From: Rhodothermales bacterium
GTDB lineage: Bacteria > Bacteroidota > Rhodothermia > Rhodothermales > DASSAV01
Assembly (NCBI GenBank): GCA_041690215.1
Contig: JAWLHQ010000006.1
Location: forward strand, 200,838-264,837
Direction of reading: 5' to 3'
DNA length: 64,000 nt
The position numbers and the translations under genes are program-made. The notes beneath the pieces were generated by a model, which was not told the origin of the DNA, searched no databases, and worked only from the letters and a program-made list of their open reading frames with translations. This document shows, one piece after another, positions 61,861-64,000 of the stretch; the first letter of the stretch is position 1, and each line of letters begins with the position of its first letter.

Positions 61861-63255
61861 TTAGCTCTGCATCATGGCTTCGACAAACCAAGCTGGAGAG
61901 AATGCGGCCAGACCGTCCGGGACCCTGGGGCTGATAGAAACGGTGCGAACGGGAATGGCCATCGACATCAGCCACTCCGCGATACGGCCGAGGTCCGAAA
62001 TCTCGTCCAGGTGCGTCAGCGACAGGGTATTGGGACGGACCGGCAGGCTTTTAAAGAAGGCCGGATTCAGCCCATCGAGTACGCGGGTGGCATTTACGAC
62101 GAGTTGAACCTGAAGAGGGACAACAGCCTCGGTCACTCGCCGCACGTGGGAGAGCATTTTGCGCGCTTCCTGCCCCTGGGAGGACATGGGGGCCGTATCG
62201 ATAATGATCTGATCGAACTGCTGGACGCGATCCAGCGCTTGCCGCATCTCGTCGGATGTGCGGACGGATTTTACCGGGATTCCATAGTGGCGGTACAGTG
62301 CAATGGGCGTATAGTAGCCGTATGTTTCTTCCTCCTCCGGCTGGATGAACAGCACCGCTGTTCTGCGACGGCCATAGAAGCTGACGTTTTTTGCCAGCTT
62401 TAGTGCAAGGGAGGTTTTGCCAGCTCCGCTGGGACCGATTAGCAGGAGAGCGCTGGAATCGTGTTTCGGGGCGGCAAGGTCAAGCGCGTTGCGAACCTCT
62501 TGCGCCAGTGCCCACCGGAGTTCCTCTTCATCCTGATCAGGCGTGTGGCCTTTCGCAGCGAGCCGGTCGAACAGTCGTGCCGCCGTGGCCGGACGCAGGC
62601 CCTTTTTCAACATGAATGAAAAGAGCGGGTGTGCGGACCACTGCATCGAGGTCCCAATGACCGTTTCTCCGAAGGAGCTTTCCAGTTGTTTCAGGCGCTC
62701 ATTGAGCAGGCGTAGCTGGGCTTCCATACGCGCAGCTACCGATTGCTCCTCCATTTCGACGTTGGAGAACTCACGGGCCGTGAACAGACTCCCTCTCTTC
62801 CGAATGTCGGGGGAAGTCGGGGCCGGTACCGCAGTTCCACGTTCCTCCAGGTATCCTGGTTCGGGTGGAAATGATGGTGCCTGATGAACTGATCGGCGCA
62901 TGGTGGAGTACCCACCGCGAGCCACGGAAATTCCTTCGTAGGCTATGGCAGGTTCTTCCGCAGGCATGTCGGCCTCCGTGGCAAGGGTCGGGCTGTACCG
63001 CTCTACGAGGCGGCGAGCCTCGCGTAGCGCTGGTGATACCGCAGAGATTGAATGGCCGGGAGGCTCTACCTGTTGTGTCTGTATATCACCGGACTGGAGC
63101 TTCTGAGCCGGGGTATCCAGCAGAACGGTAACGCGTGCAAGTTGGCCATCCCGCGCGGGTACGGATTCCAACAGGACCACGTCATCACCAAGGAGTCGAC
63201 GTGCTTCAGCCAGCGCGGCTTGAATATTCGGGCCAGTTAAGGTTTTAACCTTCAT
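61861..63255 (-). CDS. flhF: flagellar biosynthesis GTPase FlhF
   Basis: 464 aa. N-terminal MKVKTLTGPNIQAALAEARRLLG. SRP-type GTPase motifs LIGPSGAGKTS and IIDTAP. Confidence 0.9.
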   Translation of the reverse strand: MKVKTLTGPNIQAALAEARRLLGDDVVLLESVPARDGQLARVTVLLDTPAQKLQSGDIQTQQVEPPGHSISAVSPALREARRLVERYSPTLATEADMPAEEPAIAYEGISVARGGYSTMRRSVHQAPSFPPEPGYLEERGTAVPAPTSPDIRKRGSLFTAREFSNVEMEEQSVAARMEAQLRLLNERLKQLESSFGETVIGTSMQWSAHPLFSFMLKKGLRPATAARLFDRLAAKGHTPDQDEEELRWALAQEVRNALDLAAPKHDSSALLLIGPSGAGKTSLALKLAKNVSFYGRRRTAVLFIQPEEEETYGYYTPIALYRHYGIPVKSVRTSDEMRQALDRVQQFDQIIIDTAPMSSQGQEARKMLSHVRRVTEAVVPLQVQLVVNATRVLDGLNPAFFKSLPVRPNTLSLTHLDEISDLGRIAEWLMSMAIPVRTVSISPRVPDGLAAFSPAWFVEAMMQS

Positions 63256-63325
63256 GTACTTCCGCGAGAAGGTTCGAGTGCTGTTATTGGCGGATGGCGA
63301 GTGATTCCAGGTAGGAGACCTGGGA

Positions 63326-64000
63326 TTATGATGTCGTTAGCCGGATCTGTTCTCCGACCTCTACCGTCGCATTCGGCAACAAATCGTTGTAGGAGAGCAC
63401 GCTGATATCTGGAAGCATGGGCGAGAAGAAGTTGTACAGTGTGGGGCGGAGTACCGGGGAGGTCAGAAGGACCGGTGCCTTTCCGGCGCTGATCATCCGC
63501 TTCGCCAGGCGATCCGTCTCTTGCAACAAACGCTCGGCTCGTTCCGGGCTCAGACCCAGTGTACTCGGGTTGAGTTCACCAGCCTGAGCCCGTTCAAGCA
63601 AGTGCTGTTCCAGGACGGGATCCATGACAAAGGCATGTACTTTCCCATCCGGCCCGGTGAACTGGCGTGTGATGGTGGCAGCCAGTGCCGCGCGGGCGTA
63701 TTCCGTCAGTACGTCGATATTTTTCGTCATATGAGCGTTATCCGCCAGTGCTTCCAGGATTGTGATGAGATCACGGACCGGTATACACTCTTTGAGTAGC
63801 CGTTTCAGCACTTTCTGGATGGAGCCAATGCTCATCACATTCGGAACAAGCTCTTCTATGAGTGCCGGGGCCGTTTCCTTCACCTTGTCGATGAGCTTCT
63901 TGACTTCCTGACGATCCAGAATCCGGTAGGCATTCTTACGCAGCACTTCGAGGAGATGCGTCGTGATGACGGCCGGAGCTTCGACGACTGTAAGGCCTAG
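63326..64000 (-). CDS. flhA: flagellar export protein FlhA, C-terminal part (5' end outside window)
   Basis: The reading frame is open from the window end to the stop at 63326. The FlhA cytoplasmic domain sequence is present (IEELVPNVMSIGSIQKVLKRLLKECIPVRDLITILEALAD). Confidence 0.9.
   Translation of the reverse strand, partial: LGLTVVEAPAVITTHLLEVLRKNAYRILDRQEVKKLIDKVKETAPALIEELVPNVMSIGSIQKVLKRLLKECIPVRDLITILEALADNAHMTKNIDVLTEYARAALAATITRQFTGPDGKVHAFVMDPVLEQHLLERAQAGELNPSTLGLSPERAERLLQETDRLAKRMISAGKAPVLLTSPVLRPTLYNFFSPMLPDISVLSYNDLLPNATVEVGEQIRLTTS

Overview
This is a 64-kb window from a moderately GC-rich bacterium. The gene content includes a CarboxypepD_reg-type TonB-dependent receptor, a protein with a T9SS-type C-terminal sorting domain and a PorV/PorQ-like barrel. 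Together with a flhA-flhF-flhG-fliA flagellar block and rather acidic proteins, this suggests a flagellated Bacteroidota/Rhodothermota-lineage organism (Rhodothermales- or Salinibacter-like). That placement is inference only.

Layout by coordinate:
- 1-4.7 kb: a sugar/lactone-type cluster (cupin, two Gfo/Idh/MocA oxidoreductases, two SMP-30 lactonases).
- 4.7-6.8 kb: poorly coding DNA around a tRNA-Phe(GAA).
- 6.8-13.3 kb: the TonB receptor, an Fn3/CTD protein and a PorV-like barrel.
- 13.3-16.3 kb: a TPR lipoprotein convergent with a di-haem FG-GAP propeller.
- 16.4-24.3 kb: nadK, then a plus-strand run of FAD oxidoreductase, NapH-like 4Fe-4S membrane protein, Cdc48/VCP-like double AAA+ ATPase and a small membrane ORF, then a YihY/BrkB gene.
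- 24.3-25.5 kb: an unusually long, partly AT-rich upstream region holding a candidate Ile/Leu/Val-rich leader ORF.
- 25.5-44.8 kb: one plus-strand amino-acid biosynthesis block, ilvBNC-leuB-leuA-leuCD-cimA-gltBD-thrBC.
- 44.8-59.3 kb: housekeeping genes (DUF2461-like, enoyl-CoA hydratase, hydrolase, DUF1015-serC, pntAA-pntAB-pntB, hbd, phoH, dapF, ppiD).
- 59.3-59.8 kb: a 509-nt gap with no convincing gene that contains a foldable element.
- 59.8-64.0 kb: the minus-strand flagellar block, fliA, small ORF, flhG, flhF and flhA (truncated by the window end).

I saw no CRISPR array, rRNA, transposase or integrase. Many long ORFs in the track are antisense shadow ORFs and are rejected. All family assignments come from motif recognition by eye. 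No database search was run.
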